The notes: generated by a model from the letters alone, not told the origin. Positions 1-10,268 are shown, numbered from the stretch's first letter. The stretch: 64,000 nucleotides of DNA from Candidatus Poribacteria bacterium (GCA_965208675.1 OZ242351.1:1376001-1440000); one strand, 5' to 3'. Made by a program: numbers and translations.

Positions 1-655
1 CTTTGCCTTGAACGGGTTGCTTTTCTTCGTGGGCTTTGGCGATTTCGTCCCAGATAATCTTTTGGTCGGCAAATTGTTTTGACAAAACAATTTGGCCTTC
101 GGCATCTTCCCTGCGTACAATATAGACATCAATCTCATCGCCAACGGACACAGACGGCAGCCCGTCTTTACCGACCTCAAATTCTCCTGTAGGAATATAT
201 CCCTCGGATTTAAAACCGATATCAATCATGATTTCGTCGCGATTGACATCGACAACGGTGCCTTTAACAACTTCGCCTTCCGTGAAGGCTTTAAGAGAGT
301 TATCATACGCCGCTTCTAGCGATTCCATATCCGCGATATCAGCGCCGGATGACTCCCCACCCGAATCCTCGGTTGCCTCTGCATCCGCGGGTTCAGTTGA
401 AGACGTATCTTCAGTTTCTGTAGAAGGTTCGTTTAGGTCGCCTTCTCCCGAAGTGCCAACCTCAGCATGGCCTTCTACAGGTGTTTCCTCGCATGCCAGA
501 ATCGTTTCTTGCTCGGTTGTTTGATTAATAGAAGCGTCAGCGCCTAAGTCTTCTGCGCCCTCTGACTGCGCCTCCACTCCAGTTGTGCCCGCCTCATCCG
601 CTTCAACTGCGAATTCACCGGCATTCACTACCTCAGTTTTTGAATCATCATTCAT
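1..655 (-). CDS. rpsA: 30S ribosomal protein S1, 5' part (runs off the window), with an acidic N-terminal extension of about 110 aa
   Basis: Not in the ORF track; translated by hand from ATG 655: MNDDSKTEVV...MESLEAAYDNSLKAFTEGEVVKGTVVDVNRDEIMIDIGFKSEGYIP...VGDEIDVYIVRREDAEGQIVLSK, the typical first S1 domain. Start codon uncertain (see findings). Confidence 0.92.
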   Translation of the reverse strand, partial: MNDDSKTEVVNAGEFAVEADEAGTTGVEAQSEGAEDLGADASINQTTEQETILACEETPVEGHAEVGTSGEGDLNEPSTETEDTSSTEPADAEATEDSGGESSGADIADMESLEAAYDNSLKAFTEGEVVKGTVVDVNRDEIMIDIGFKSEGYIPTGEFEVGKDGLPSVSVGDEIDVYIVRREDAEGQIVLSKQFADQKIIWDEIAKAHEEKQPVQGK

Positions 656-779
656 CAGAATATTTGGTTCAATCCCAAAACGCAAAACAGCGTTCGATTT
701 GACCCACCAGTTCCTCCTTTTTCCAAGTCACCCTCCTAATTTTTAGAGGGTTAAGACATTGGTTCAAAATTACTGACAT

Positions 780-809
780 AGTATAGCACAAATTAATGCA
801 TTGACGCAA
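780..809 (-). promoter_or_regulatory. Putative sigma70 promoter for rpsA
   Basis: Minus strand reads TTGCGT-N18-TATACT with an extended -10 TG. Confidence 0.5.
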
Positions 810-1150
810 CTTCAATCCCAGATTTGTTAAAAAATTCCCCTTTTATAGTCAATTCCCTTCATAATTGCACAAGTTTCAGTAAGTGCGCACTATAATCCTG
901 TGCCGATGTAGGTGTGCGGCATTCCGCGCAGTTGGTATCAGCGTATTCAATTAGGGGCTGTTACCTCGGAAGCTGCCGGTTCTACCCGCATCTGCAAAAT
1001 GCAATACTGCCGGTTCGGTTGGGAAAACGAACCTGCTGGCGTATACCAATAATTTTTGGTCGTACATGGCACTTAATTATTGGCGAATTTTGAGAAAATC
1101 CTGGTTGGCTGCTGGACGATTTTAGGCTTGAGCCAAGCAAAGCAAATACC

Positions 1151-1179
1151 TTGACATCCTTGTAGGCCTCATGTATCAT
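1151..1179 (+). promoter_or_regulatory. Putative sigma70 promoter
   Basis: TTGACA-N17-TATCAT about 40 nt upstream of the CDS at 1217. Confidence 0.65.
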
Positions 1180-1216
1180 CGACCCGTGCAAACATAGTTT
1201 TTGAAGGGAGCGAAAG

Positions 1217-3124
1217 GTGGTACCAGACATAAAAAGCGACGCAATCTCCGCAGAGGATACACCGCGTACCCGTTTCATTATCCGTGCCCTGATTTTCGGC
1301 TCAATCCTCATTATACTCAACTGTTATTGGATTGTATCCGCGGAGAATCGGGTTGTGTGGGAATTGACAGACTTTTCAATTTTCCCCACGGTACTGTTTA
1401 CACTCTTCCTCGTGGCACTCGTAAACCTACTGTTGAAGCGCTTCTTTAAAGGCGCACCGCTGAGCGAGTCGGAATTAGCAATTGTATATGTCATGGTTTC
1501 GGTCGCGACAGCGCTTGCAGGACACGACATCGTCCGGCAGTTGGTGCCCATGATGGCAAACGCTTTTTGGTTCGCAACCCCCGAAAACGAATGGGAGGCC
1601 CTCTTTTTTCGATTCATCCCGTCATGGCTCGCGGTTGAAGATCGAAGCGTTTTACAAGGGTATTTTGAGGGTGATGATAGCTTTTGGCGGCGTGAGTATA
1701 TTGATGCGTGGCTCACACCCATGCTCGCATGGATGTTCTTCGTTGTCGTTATTCTGTTCGTCATGCTCTGCATCAACATTATAGTTAGAAAGCAGTGGAT
1801 CGACCATGAGAAGTTGAGCTATCCGCTGACCGTAATGCCGGTGGAAGTCATCGGCGGCAGCTCCAAATTATTCACCAACCGGCTCATCTGGATCGGATTC
1901 AGTATCGCTTTCTGCCTCGAAATCCTCGCCGGCATCAACTATCTTTATCCTGTTGTTCCATCACTCAAAGCAAAGTACGTAATTCGCTTCGTCGAAAAAC
2001 CGTGGAACTCGGTCGGTTGGGGAGGCAGCGGTGGGTTTCCAATGTATGTCTACCCTTTTGCCGTCGGATTTGGATTTCTGATGCCGCTCGATCTATCTTT
2101 TTCGTTATGGTTCTTCTATCTGTTTTGGACCGCACAACGAATCTTTTTCAATGCAATTGGCTGGACGACCGCAATCAGCTTGCAAGCACAGCAAAGGTCA
2201 GGTGCATGGCTCGGCGTTGGAATTCTGGCGCTGTGGACCAGCCGAAAACACATCGCCCGTATAGTAAACGGGGTCTTTTTTTCCAAAGCCGCTGATCCGC
2301 TTTATCGAACCGCTGTCTTCGGTATCATGTTCGGAATGGGATTCATCCTTTTCTTCTGGTTTCAGGCAGGGCTGTCGCTTTGGGTGGCGTTGGGATACTT
2401 CGGTATCTACCTTCTCCTCTGTATTGGAATGACCCGAATGCGGGCAGAGTTAGGTCCACCGACGCATGAATTGCACCACGCCCACCCGGACCAGATTATG
2501 ATTTGGTTAATTGGCACCCGTCCCATTGGCGCTGGAAATCTAACGAACACAACGCTCCTGTCGTGGCTGGCTTACGGTTATCGATGCCATCCCATGCCCC
2601 ATCAGTTGGAAGGATTCAAAATCGGATCGCATTTCAAAATCAACGAAAATCGACTGGTCGCGGCGTTCATCGTCGCATCGGTCGTCGGTACAATCATGGC
2701 GATTGGCGCGCATGTCGCACTATATTACAAATTCCAGTTCCATCATTGGGGCGTTGGCGAAACGCACCGACTGCATAGTTGGATCGCGTTTCCGCAAACA
2801 ACCGATATACCCGCAATTCAACACATGGGGTTTGGCTTCCTCTTCACAACGGCGCTTACTGTCCTGAAAAGACGATTCCTGTGGTGGCCCCTATACCCCG
2901 TCGGTTATGCTGTCGGAAACGGTTGGGCAATCGGTTGGATGTGGCTCTCCATCTTCTTCGGCTGGTTGTTTAAACGACTCCTATTTGCCGCGGGAGGCGT
3001 CAAATCCTACCGCCGCGCATTGCCATTCTTCCTAGGACTAATCTTTGGGCAATTTCTTGCCGGCAGCCTGTGGAGCCTTATAGGCGTTGTGTTAAACACA
3101 AATGTCTACACGTTATTCCCATGA
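1217..3124 (+). CDS. Polytopic membrane protein, DUF6785/DUF6784 type (OPT-like putative transporter)
   Basis: 635 aa with many TM segments; motifs ELAIVYVM, RKQWIDHEKLSYPL, RMRAELGPP, RFLWWPLYPVGY and PFFLGLIFG. Confidence 0.75.
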   Translation: MVPDIKSDAISAEDTPRTRFIIRALIFGSILIILNCYWIVSAENRVVWELTDFSIFPTVLFTLFLVALVNLLLKRFFKGAPLSESELAIVYVMVSVATALAGHDIVRQLVPMMANAFWFATPENEWEALFFRFIPSWLAVEDRSVLQGYFEGDDSFWRREYIDAWLTPMLAWMFFVVVILFVMLCINIIVRKQWIDHEKLSYPLTVMPVEVIGGSSKLFTNRLIWIGFSIAFCLEILAGINYLYPVVPSLKAKYVIRFVEKPWNSVGWGGSGGFPMYVYPFAVGFGFLMPLDLSFSLWFFYLFWTAQRIFFNAIGWTTAISLQAQQRSGAWLGVGILALWTSRKHIARIVNGVFFSKAADPLYRTAVFGIMFGMGFILFFWFQAGLSLWVALGYFGIYLLLCIGMTRMRAELGPPTHELHHAHPDQIMIWLIGTRPIGAGNLTNTTLLSWLAYGYRCHPMPHQLEGFKIGSHFKINENRLVAAFIVASVVGTIMAIGAHVALYYKFQFHHWGVGETHRLHSWIAFPQTTDIPAIQHMGFGFLFTTALTVLKRRFLWWPLYPVGYAVGNGWAIGWMWLSIFFGWLFKRLLFAAGGVKSYRRALPFFLGLIFGQFLAGSLWSLIGVVLNTNVYTLFP

Positions 3125-3381
3125 ACCGTGCCTACCGTTTCTACAAAAATGCCTGTTGTAAATTCTTCCGGGTTATGCCATAATAGCTTTTCGTTTCGGT
3201 TGAGATTAAACTATCAACTGAGCGGGTAGGGAGGGAACAAGCGAGCAATTAGGAAGTCCGATAGTTTTCGTCTTCTCTAGCTTTTCCCATCGAAATGGAG
3301 GTAATCTGCAATACTCAATTACAATTACTATATACTTTGTAAATTGCCAAGCCAGCCAAATTCAGGAGGTCCCGAAACGCC

Positions 3382-4836
3382 ATGCACACGAAAAATATTC
3401 TACCGAACTACATTGGTAACCAGTGGCGCCATTCTAGCGCAAGCGAGCATCTAGACGTGTACAATCCCGCCACGGCTGAAGTCATCGGCGCCGTTCCGCT
3501 CTCGCCCGCCGCAGAAGTAGATCAAGCAGCGCATATTGCCTCTAAAGCGCTCGTCGAGTGGCGCCGCACCCCGCCGACCGAACGCGTACAATACCTATTC
3601 AAACTGAAAAACCTGCTTGAAGAACACTTTGATGATATTGCGCACACTATAACCTTGGAATGCGGCAAGACGCTTGATGAATCGAGAGGGGAACTGCGCC
3701 GCGCTGTTGAGAACGTCGAAGTCGCCTGCGGCATTCCGACCCTGATGCAAGGCTATAATTTGGAAGATATCGCCGCCGGTATCGACGAGATGATGATCCG
3801 TCAACCGGTTGGGGTCAGCGCCGCAATCGCCCCGTTCAACTTCCCTGGCATGATTGTTTTCTGGTTTCTTCCGTACGCTATAGCCTGTGGCAATACCGTC
3901 ATTGTTAAACCGTCGGAGAAGGTGCCGCTGACCATGCAAAAAATCTTCGGTTTGCTGGAAGAGATTGGTCTGCCGGAAGGCGTCGTTAATCTGGTTAACG
4001 GCACGAAAGAGACGGTTGATGCCATCTTGGATCACCCGACGATTAAAGCCGTTAGTTTCGTCGGTTCGACCGCTGTCGCCAAGTCTGTCTACGGTCGAGC
4101 CACGGCGAACGGCAAGCGGGCGCAGTGCCAAGGCGGCGCCAAGAATCCCATTATCGTCCTGCCCGATGCCGATATGGAGCTCGCACAGCGCACTGTTCCT
4201 GAAAGCGCGTTTGGCTGTGCCGGACAACGCTGTTTGGCGGGTTCGCTTGCGATTACTGTTGGCGAGGCGCGAAATTGGTTCACGGACATCATGGCAGACG
4301 CAGCCGCTAGCCGAGTAGTCGGCAACGGATTACATCCCGATGTTGAAATGGGACCCGTAATCACGCCCGAAAGTAAAGCCCGCATTGAAGGATTGATTCA
4401 ACAAGGCGCTGACGAAGGCGCCAAAATCCTGGTAGACGGCCGCAATGCCGAGATTTCAGGGTACGACAACGGATATTTCGTGCGTCCAACCCTGCTCGAC
4501 AATTTGAATCCAGACAGCGAAATCGCGCAAACCGAGATTTTCGGACCAGTGTTGAGCCTGATTCACGCCAACACCATTGATGATGCAATCGCGTTGGTCA
4601 ATAGCAGAAACTACGGCAACATGGCGTGCCTCTATACCAGCAGCGGCGCAGCCGCCCGAAAATTCCGATACGAGGCGGAAATCGGCAATATCGGAATTAA
4701 CCTCGGCGTCGCGGCGCCGATGGCGTTCTTCCCTTTCAGCGGTTGGAAGGATAGCTTCTTCGGAGATTTACACGGTCAAGGCCAAGACGCTGTCGAGTTC
4801 TTCACCCAAAAGAAAGTTGTCGTCGAACGTTGGTAG
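3382..4836 (+). CDS. mmsA: CoA-acylating methylmalonate-semialdehyde dehydrogenase (MmsA/IolA family)
   Basis: ALDH fold with MMSDH-type motifs [28 protein letters not shown] and [15 protein letters not shown]; SD AGGAGG upstream. Confidence 0.9.
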   Translation: MHTKNILPNYIGNQWRHSSASEHLDVYNPATAEVIGAVPLSPAAEVDQAAHIASKALVEWRRTPPTERVQYLFKLKNLLEEHFDDIAHTITLECGKTLDESRGELRRAVENVEVACGIPTLMQGYNLEDIAAGIDEMMIRQPVGVSAAIAPFNFPGMIVFWFLPYAIACGNTVIVKPSEKVPLTMQKIFGLLEEIGLPEGVVNLVNGTKETVDAILDHPTIKAVSFVGSTAVAKSVYGRATANGKRAQCQGGAKNPIIVLPDADMELAQRTVPESAFGCAGQRCLAGSLAITVGEARNWFTDIMADAAASRVVGNGLHPDVEMGPVITPESKARIEGLIQQGADEGAKILVDGRNAEISGYDNGYFVRPTLLDNLNPDSEIAQTEIFGPVLSLIHANTIDDAIALVNSRNYGNMACLYTSSGAAARKFRYEAEIGNIGINLGVAAPMAFFPFSGWKDSFFGDLHGQGQDAVEFFTQKKVVVERW

Positions 4837-4848
4837 CAAGGAATTGTT

Positions 4849-5316
4849 ATGCATAGACGTAAAACAGTTTACCTCGCGAATCCCTACGGTTTCTCGGACC
4901 AACAGCGAACAGTTCTGTTACCCGCACTCGTCCACGCACTCGAAGCGCTGGGCTTAGACGTGTGGGAGCCGTTTGCGCGGAACAATGAGGACACCTCGTC
5001 TCCCGGTTGGGCTTATCGCGTCGGGCAGGCGGACATGCAGGATGTAATGGAGGCGGACGCAATGTTCGCCATCGTGAACGGTGTACCGCCGGACGAAGGC
5101 GTCATGGTCGAACTTGGAATGGCGATAACCGCTGGCAAACCTACATTTCTATTTCGAGACGACTTTCGCCGCGCCGCCGATAGTGACGAATACCCGCTCA
5201 ATCTCATGCTATTCACCGGACTGCCGCAGCGAGGCTGGGAACGCTTCTATTACACGTCAATCGCCGAAATCTCATCACCCGACAAAGCCCTCGCACCTTG
5301 GGCAAAACCAACCTAA
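4849..5316 (+). CDS. Nucleoside 2-deoxyribosyltransferase family protein
   Basis: VYLANPYGFS, WEPF and PDEGVMVELGMA (catalytic Glu); 12 nt after mmsA. Confidence 0.85.
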   Translation: MHRRKTVYLANPYGFSDQQRTVLLPALVHALEALGLDVWEPFARNNEDTSSPGWAYRVGQADMQDVMEADAMFAIVNGVPPDEGVMVELGMAITAGKPTFLFRDDFRRAADSDEYPLNLMLFTGLPQRGWERFYYTSIAEISSPDKALAPWAKPT

Positions 5317-5431
5317 CCTCGTATCCATACGTCCTGCCTCCTTGAAAAGGGGGGCTGTAGTAAATTAGATTATCAATGATACCCTGCAGTACGATCGGTT
5401 TCCTAACCGAAGCAGTATTCTTCCAGTCCAC

Positions 5432-5454
5432 TAGTGCGGTTGGAAACTGCACTA
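5432..5454. repeat. REP-like palindrome
   Basis: TAGTGCGGTT-GGA-AACTGCACTA hairpin; near-identical core at 14798-14821. Confidence 0.65.
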
Positions 5455-5532
5455 ACCGCAACTCTAGGGTGGGCCAACTTCCACACGTACAATGTCGTAT
5501 TTTCGAGACACAGCCCGTTGAGAACTCCATAA

Positions 5533-5857
5533 ATGAAAATCGTTACGAAATCAATTTGGATACCCCAAGCCATAGTCATTGCGATGCTATTGTACACTCT
5601 TTTTTTGGGATCGATATTATCCGCATATAACCTTGCTTAAGTGGGTCTGCTGTCCGGCCTTTGCGTATCTCGCGTCCGAGGCATGGAAACGACAGAAATC
5701 TGGTAGGGTTTGGGTCTTTGGGACGATCGCCGTTTTCTTTAATCCCATATTCCAACCTCATTCAGTTTGGAATATGTGGTATATCGTAATCCCATTCGCC
5801 ATAGGAATAGCCGCCGTCTCAATCATTGTCCTAAATTCCAAAAACCCGGAAAAATAA
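5533..5857 (+). pseudogene. DUF6804-type small membrane protein, frameshifted at a T7 tract (5600-5606)
   Basis: ATG 5533 gives MKIVTKSIWIPQAIVIAMLLYTL; the +1 frame continues WDRYYPHITLLKWVCCPAFAYLA...FFNPIFQPH. Removing one T joins them. Confidence 0.65.
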
Positions 5858-5874
5858 CACTCGTACAGAATTTG

Positions 5875-5972
5875 TAGGCTGGGTTAAGCAGATTTACGAA
5901 AACGTTGATTTGAAGCTATGGGCGCAGCAGTTCCATCATGTTATAAAACCTCCGTGACATACCGCAACCCAA
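5875..5972. repeat. About 100-bp MITE/REP-like element with terminal inverted repeats
   Basis: Begins GTAGGCTGGGTT and ends AACCCAA; related ends at 35952-36074 and 7590-7600. Confidence 0.4.
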
Positions 5973-6404
5973 TGTTTTTTAAATCCGAATCGAATTTCTT
6001 CAATGATATACATCTCAGCTTTTGACTGAAAAATTAAGGGATCGAAGAGTTTTCGTAATTTGCGCTGAGGGATCAACCGACCGAATAGGGAGGGCGATAG
6101 TCTTCCTTTTAGGCTCCCTTAGTCTGCTCTAGTCTTTCCAAAACCCATAACATCGAAACGTCCTAGCGGCGAAGCAGTAAATTCTGACACCACAATTTTC
6201 AACACCATGAATATAAACGGACGGCAAGGGAGTGGTTTGGTGTTCAGTAATCTCCAATCCATAATGATGGTTTTTTGTTGGGCGGAAGACAGGGAAGACT
6301 AGAGCTCTTGCGATTCGCACGTTTGATTAGTAAATCGTTTACCAGTTGTCTATCAAAACTACAAAAATTGACTATTTCATTACGCCTAGGAAGGAAACCC
6401 AAAA

Positions 6405-7469
6405 ATGCAGAAAAATCGGCGATGTTTTGTTCAACTTCCCCCTCATGTTAGCTTAGCAATAACTGTAGCTATGTTGTTCGTTATCACCATTAGTAGCTGC
6501 GACATCATTCAGGAACTTCTAATAACGGAAGACGCTCCCGAAGCCCCCCAAACCACAACCGTTACTATTCTGGGAGGCACGCCCGGCGGCAGCTTTACGC
6601 CATTTGCAGCCGCAGTGAGCGACATCGCCACACAAAATCAATCGCAATTTGAAATAGCTGTTGAAGCCTCTCCGGGATCGGTAGAGAATACGCGCCGCGT
6701 CAATGAAGGTCAGGATTACCTCGGCATCGCCTTTTCGTCGGAAAGTTATTTGGGTTACCACGGGCAAGAAGTATTCGCTGACGATGGTGCGAAAACTAAC
6801 ATCAGAGCCGTGACGCTACTCTATATCGCGTATTCCCAGACTGCCGTGCTGGCAGATAGTGGCATTCATCAGTTTGAAGACTTGGTTGGCAAGACTATAG
6901 CCAGCGGTAGAGTCGGATCCGGCTCGGCACAAACGATAGCGCGCTTGGCAACATCGGCTGGCATCTGGGACGATTTTATGGTGGTGCATAAGGGCAGTAA
7001 TGAAGGGGCAGCAGCGCTCCGGACCGGAGAAGTCAACGCTTTTCATATGTTGGTCAGTGTGCCGAACGATGCGATGGCGCAGCTCGCTGCAATAAACGAA
7101 ATTCGAATGCTGGACATGGACGCGCCCGCGCAAGCATCTGCGTTCTACGACCAGTATCCGTTTTACATATCCGGAGCACTTCCCGAGAATGCTTACGGTG
7201 GCAAAGTGGAGGCAGTTAACACACTTTTGATGCCGACATTGCTAATCGCTCACAAAGATATCCCAGCAGAAATTGTTTATACAATCCTCCAACGGGTCTT
7301 TACTCCAGAAGGGTTGCAAGCAATGCGCGAGGCCACCGGGGGCGCAGCGGCAGATATGACGACTGAAAATGCCCCAAAAGCATTTGTAATACCGCTTCAC
7401 CAAGGTGCCTACCAGTTTTGGAGTGAACAAGGCCTTGCAATTCCTGTGCACGCGAAGCCGGTAGATTAA
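6405..7469 (+). CDS. TAXI-family TRAP transporter solute-binding lipoprotein
   Basis: Lipobox ISSC; GGTPGGSF, SPGSVEN, DLVGKTIASGRVGSG and IPLHQGAYQFW. Confidence 0.88.
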   Translation: MQKNRRCFVQLPPHVSLAITVAMLFVITISSCDIIQELLITEDAPEAPQTTTVTILGGTPGGSFTPFAAAVSDIATQNQSQFEIAVEASPGSVENTRRVNEGQDYLGIAFSSESYLGYHGQEVFADDGAKTNIRAVTLLYIAYSQTAVLADSGIHQFEDLVGKTIASGRVGSGSAQTIARLATSAGIWDDFMVVHKGSNEGAAALRTGEVNAFHMLVSVPNDAMAQLAAINEIRMLDMDAPAQASAFYDQYPFYISGALPENAYGGKVEAVNTLLMPTLLIAHKDIPAEIVYTILQRVFTPEGLQAMREATGGAAADMTTENAPKAFVIPLHQGAYQFWSEQGLAIPVHAKPVD

Positions 7470-7664
7470 GGATAGACGTCATATTTTTTTTCATCTCGCT
7501 CTAAAAGGGGTTCGTTAGTCTGTCCTAACGATTCTCAATCCAAACACACTGTCTCCGCAAGTCAGTTCTGGTAAGGTGAGTAGAGGGATCAATCAACCTA
7601 CAAAAACTGACATGATGCATCCTTATCGTATATAAGCGCATTGACCCATTTATCGGTTTATGGA

Positions 7665-7693
7665 TTGACCGTCTAGGTAGAATTTGCTATACT
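7665..7693 (+). promoter_or_regulatory. Putative sigma70 promoter
   Basis: TTGACC-N17-TATACT with an extended -10 TG. Confidence 0.6.
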
Positions 7694-7813
7694 ATTCCTG
7701 TCGGCGACTCATGATCGGCAGAGGCTGAGGAACCGCGATGCGCTGCGGCGAGGGGATATATTTCGCTGAGCTTAGCAATTATAGAAGTGGCGCCATCGTT
7801 GGAGATTAAGGAT

Positions 7814-8481
7814 ATGACACGCATATCTGAGCTAGCCAAAAGGTTACGAACAAGATTGCTACTGATAGTAATGGGGATTTTGTCATGGACTATTATTTAT
7901 TGCGTGTACGCTAGCGCAGAAGAAATTGAAAATCTCGCCCGAGGCGGAGACTTCGAGACGCCTGACGACATGGCGCAGTGGGGCTTATGGAAAGCGGCGG
8001 CGACGCAAGGTAACATGAAAATAGACAAAAAGAACGCCGTGATCGGGGAATCCAGCCTCTATGTATTTGATATCATCTTGGATCCGGTCGACAAATGGAA
8101 ACCCAACATTGTACAGGTGGATATCTTTATCCTTGAGAAAAAAAAGATCCATACCTTCTCCGCATTCCTAAAGGCCGAAAAACCACGGCAGCTTAGACTA
8201 ACCTTTATCGATCATATCAACGAACCGTGGCCTATGGGTCCGGTCAAGATTTTTGATATTGGCACTGATGGAAGGAATACTGGGTGACTAGCATACCCTC
8301 CGCGCTCGCAGGTTCGCTGCAAATTACCAACGCGCCCGAAGGGTCTAGAGTAAATTACTGGATAGACGGTGTTAGGTTCTATCGGGGCGAATTTCAGCCG
8401 ACAATCCCGCCCAGGGCGGTGTCGGCGGCGGACAAACTCACAACGAAATGGGGAACCATAAAAACCCAATACGGTCGATAG
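7814..8481 (+). pseudogene. Secreted carbohydrate-binding (CBM4/9-like) protein with C-terminal KLxxxWGxxK motif, split by a 1-nt frameshift near 8268
   Basis: Signal peptide, then ENLARGGDFE and HTFSAFLKAE. GGC ACT GA^TGG AAG GAA TAC TGG reads GT(E/D)WKEYWVT if one base is added, joining ORF 8284-8481 (YWIDGVRFYRG...DKLTTKWGTIK). Confidence 0.75.
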
Positions 8482-8650
8482 CTTGCATCGCCATTGAGTT
8501 GTTATCGTCATTGCGGTTCATGTTTACACTCGGAAGGAGTGGCCGACTAATAATCGAGGCTAGGAAGCCTCTCCCACAAGTTAATGAGCAAATGTATAAC
8601 TTTTAGTTGCAATGACCATATTTTTACATCATGACAGAAGGTGAATCATC

Positions 8651-9460
8651 ATGACCCCAGAACAAGAGAAGGTGCACTTTCACACGTTCGGCTTCATTAT
8701 CAAGCGGAGCTTGTTCAGTGCGGAAGAGATGGAGCAGTTTTCCCGCTGGTTTGATGAAGGCTGCGACGCGGTGTGCGGACCGTTCGCAGGCGTTGGGCAG
8801 ATGGGATATCCCGGACTGAGCATTCACGCGGGATTCTGCGATCATTTCCTTGATGACCTCCGTATTATGGACAGGCTGGAAAACTTGATGGGCGAAGGGT
8901 TCCAACTCATTGCCTCAGACGCGCAGCGCCACGGCGGGAATTCGAGTTGGCACCAGGACACGGTCATCCCGATGGAAGCCGGTAAGCCGACTGAATACTT
9001 GATGCTCAAGGTGATTATGTATCTGGACGATCACAGCCAGGGTCCGGGTTGTCTCTGGCTGCTCCCGGGAACACACCGCAGGGGCTACGGCGATGCGCTG
9101 CGCGGGTTGATTACGATGGGTAATCCGAGCGACGCAGACACTTTAACGCCGGCGGGCGTGCCGCCCACGGACCTCCCCGGCGCCATCGCCACGAACACGC
9201 GCCCGGGTGACATCATCTTTTTCAACCAGAAACTTGGCCACTCCTCATGGGGCGGAATGCCAGGACGCCGATTCTTGGGGCTGACCTTCGGTGCAAAGCC
9301 GATTGAGGATTGGCAGGTTGATTGGCTCGTACATCACGGTGAACAATGGAAACATAGCTGCGCCAACGAAAGGAATTCACAGTTTCCGGATCACTTGGTA
9401 AAGTCGGCGGGAGCGCGCCGCAGAGCACTAATCGAGTTTATGCACAGCCGGGGGTATTGA
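8651..9460 (+). CDS. Phytanoyl-CoA dioxygenase (PhyH) family Fe(II)/2OG dioxygenase
   Basis: FHTFGF, WHQD, LPGTH, PGDIIFF and distal His (LGHSS). Confidence 0.88.
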   Translation: MTPEQEKVHFHTFGFIIKRSLFSAEEMEQFSRWFDEGCDAVCGPFAGVGQMGYPGLSIHAGFCDHFLDDLRIMDRLENLMGEGFQLIASDAQRHGGNSSWHQDTVIPMEAGKPTEYLMLKVIMYLDDHSQGPGCLWLLPGTHRRGYGDALRGLITMGNPSDADTLTPAGVPPTDLPGAIATNTRPGDIIFFNQKLGHSSWGGMPGRRFLGLTFGAKPIEDWQVDWLVHHGEQWKHSCANERNSQFPDHLVKSAGARRRALIEFMHSRGY

Positions 9461-9488
9461 GCGCGTCACCGGGATAAAGTGTTACAAC

Positions 9489-10268
9489 ATGACAAATAAC
9501 GATATCCCCATCAGTGATTGGCAGATTGTGCAGTACCGGCAACAAGGGTACTTCACCGTTGACGGGCTATTCACGGCTGGCGAAGTCGAATCCGTGCGAA
9601 GCGAAATTACCAAAATTGTACGGCGTTATCCGAATGGCCCCGCGGGGCTGGTGGAATTTGAGCCGTCAGTTGAGAGCGGCGAAAATGCGCCTGAAGAGGT
9701 TGAATTAAGGGTTCGAAAACTCTCCAACGTGGTACGACACAACATCTTCTTCCGAAAGCTAGCCTTCCATCCAATGATGGCAGCGGTTGCGACGGCGCTG
9801 TTGGGGCCCGACGTTGTTCTACTGCAAAGCATCATGTTGCTAAAACCGCCGCACATTGGCAGCGCAAAGGTTTGGCACCAGGACAACGCATATTTTCGAC
9901 GCGATCCAAACCATATTGCCGGCTTCTGGGTTGCTTGCGATGATGCCACAGTCGAGAACGGCTGCATGCACGTTATCCCCGGTTCGCACACACGCGGAAT
10001 CCTGGAACATGGGGGTTTCAAGAATGAATACGGCACGCTAAAAGCGCCGTCGTTTGAAGAAGCCGTAGCAGTTCCGTTGAAGGCGGGCGATGCGTTGATA
10101 TTTCACGGCGAGTTGTTGCACGGGTCGCCGCCAAATAATACCGCTGCGCGTCGGCGTTCGATGCAATACCATTACGCATCAAGCAAATGCCGCAGATCCA
10201 AAGGGTGGGAATTGTACAAAGTAAAACCCGAGGCACACGTTGCCGGGCGGGATTACGGTTATGCTTGA
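9489..10268 (+). CDS. Phytanoyl-CoA dioxygenase (PhyH) family Fe(II)/2OG dioxygenase
   Basis: KPP...WHQDNAY, ENGCMHVIPGSH, LHGSPPN and RR. Confidence 0.92.
   Translation: MTNNDIPISDWQIVQYRQQGYFTVDGLFTAGEVESVRSEITKIVRRYPNGPAGLVEFEPSVESGENAPEEVELRVRKLSNVVRHNIFFRKLAFHPMMAAVATALLGPDVVLLQSIMLLKPPHIGSAKVWHQDNAYFRRDPNHIAGFWVACDDATVENGCMHVIPGSHTRGILEHGGFKNEYGTLKAPSFEEAVAVPLKAGDALIFHGELLHGSPPNNTAARRRSMQYHYASSKCRRSKGWELYKVKPEAHVAGRDYGYA

Noticed and set aside
92-524. Plus-strand ORFs 92-319 and 228-524
   Set aside because: They are antisense shadows of the minus-strand rpsA, as are most short ORFs overlapping long genes in the track.
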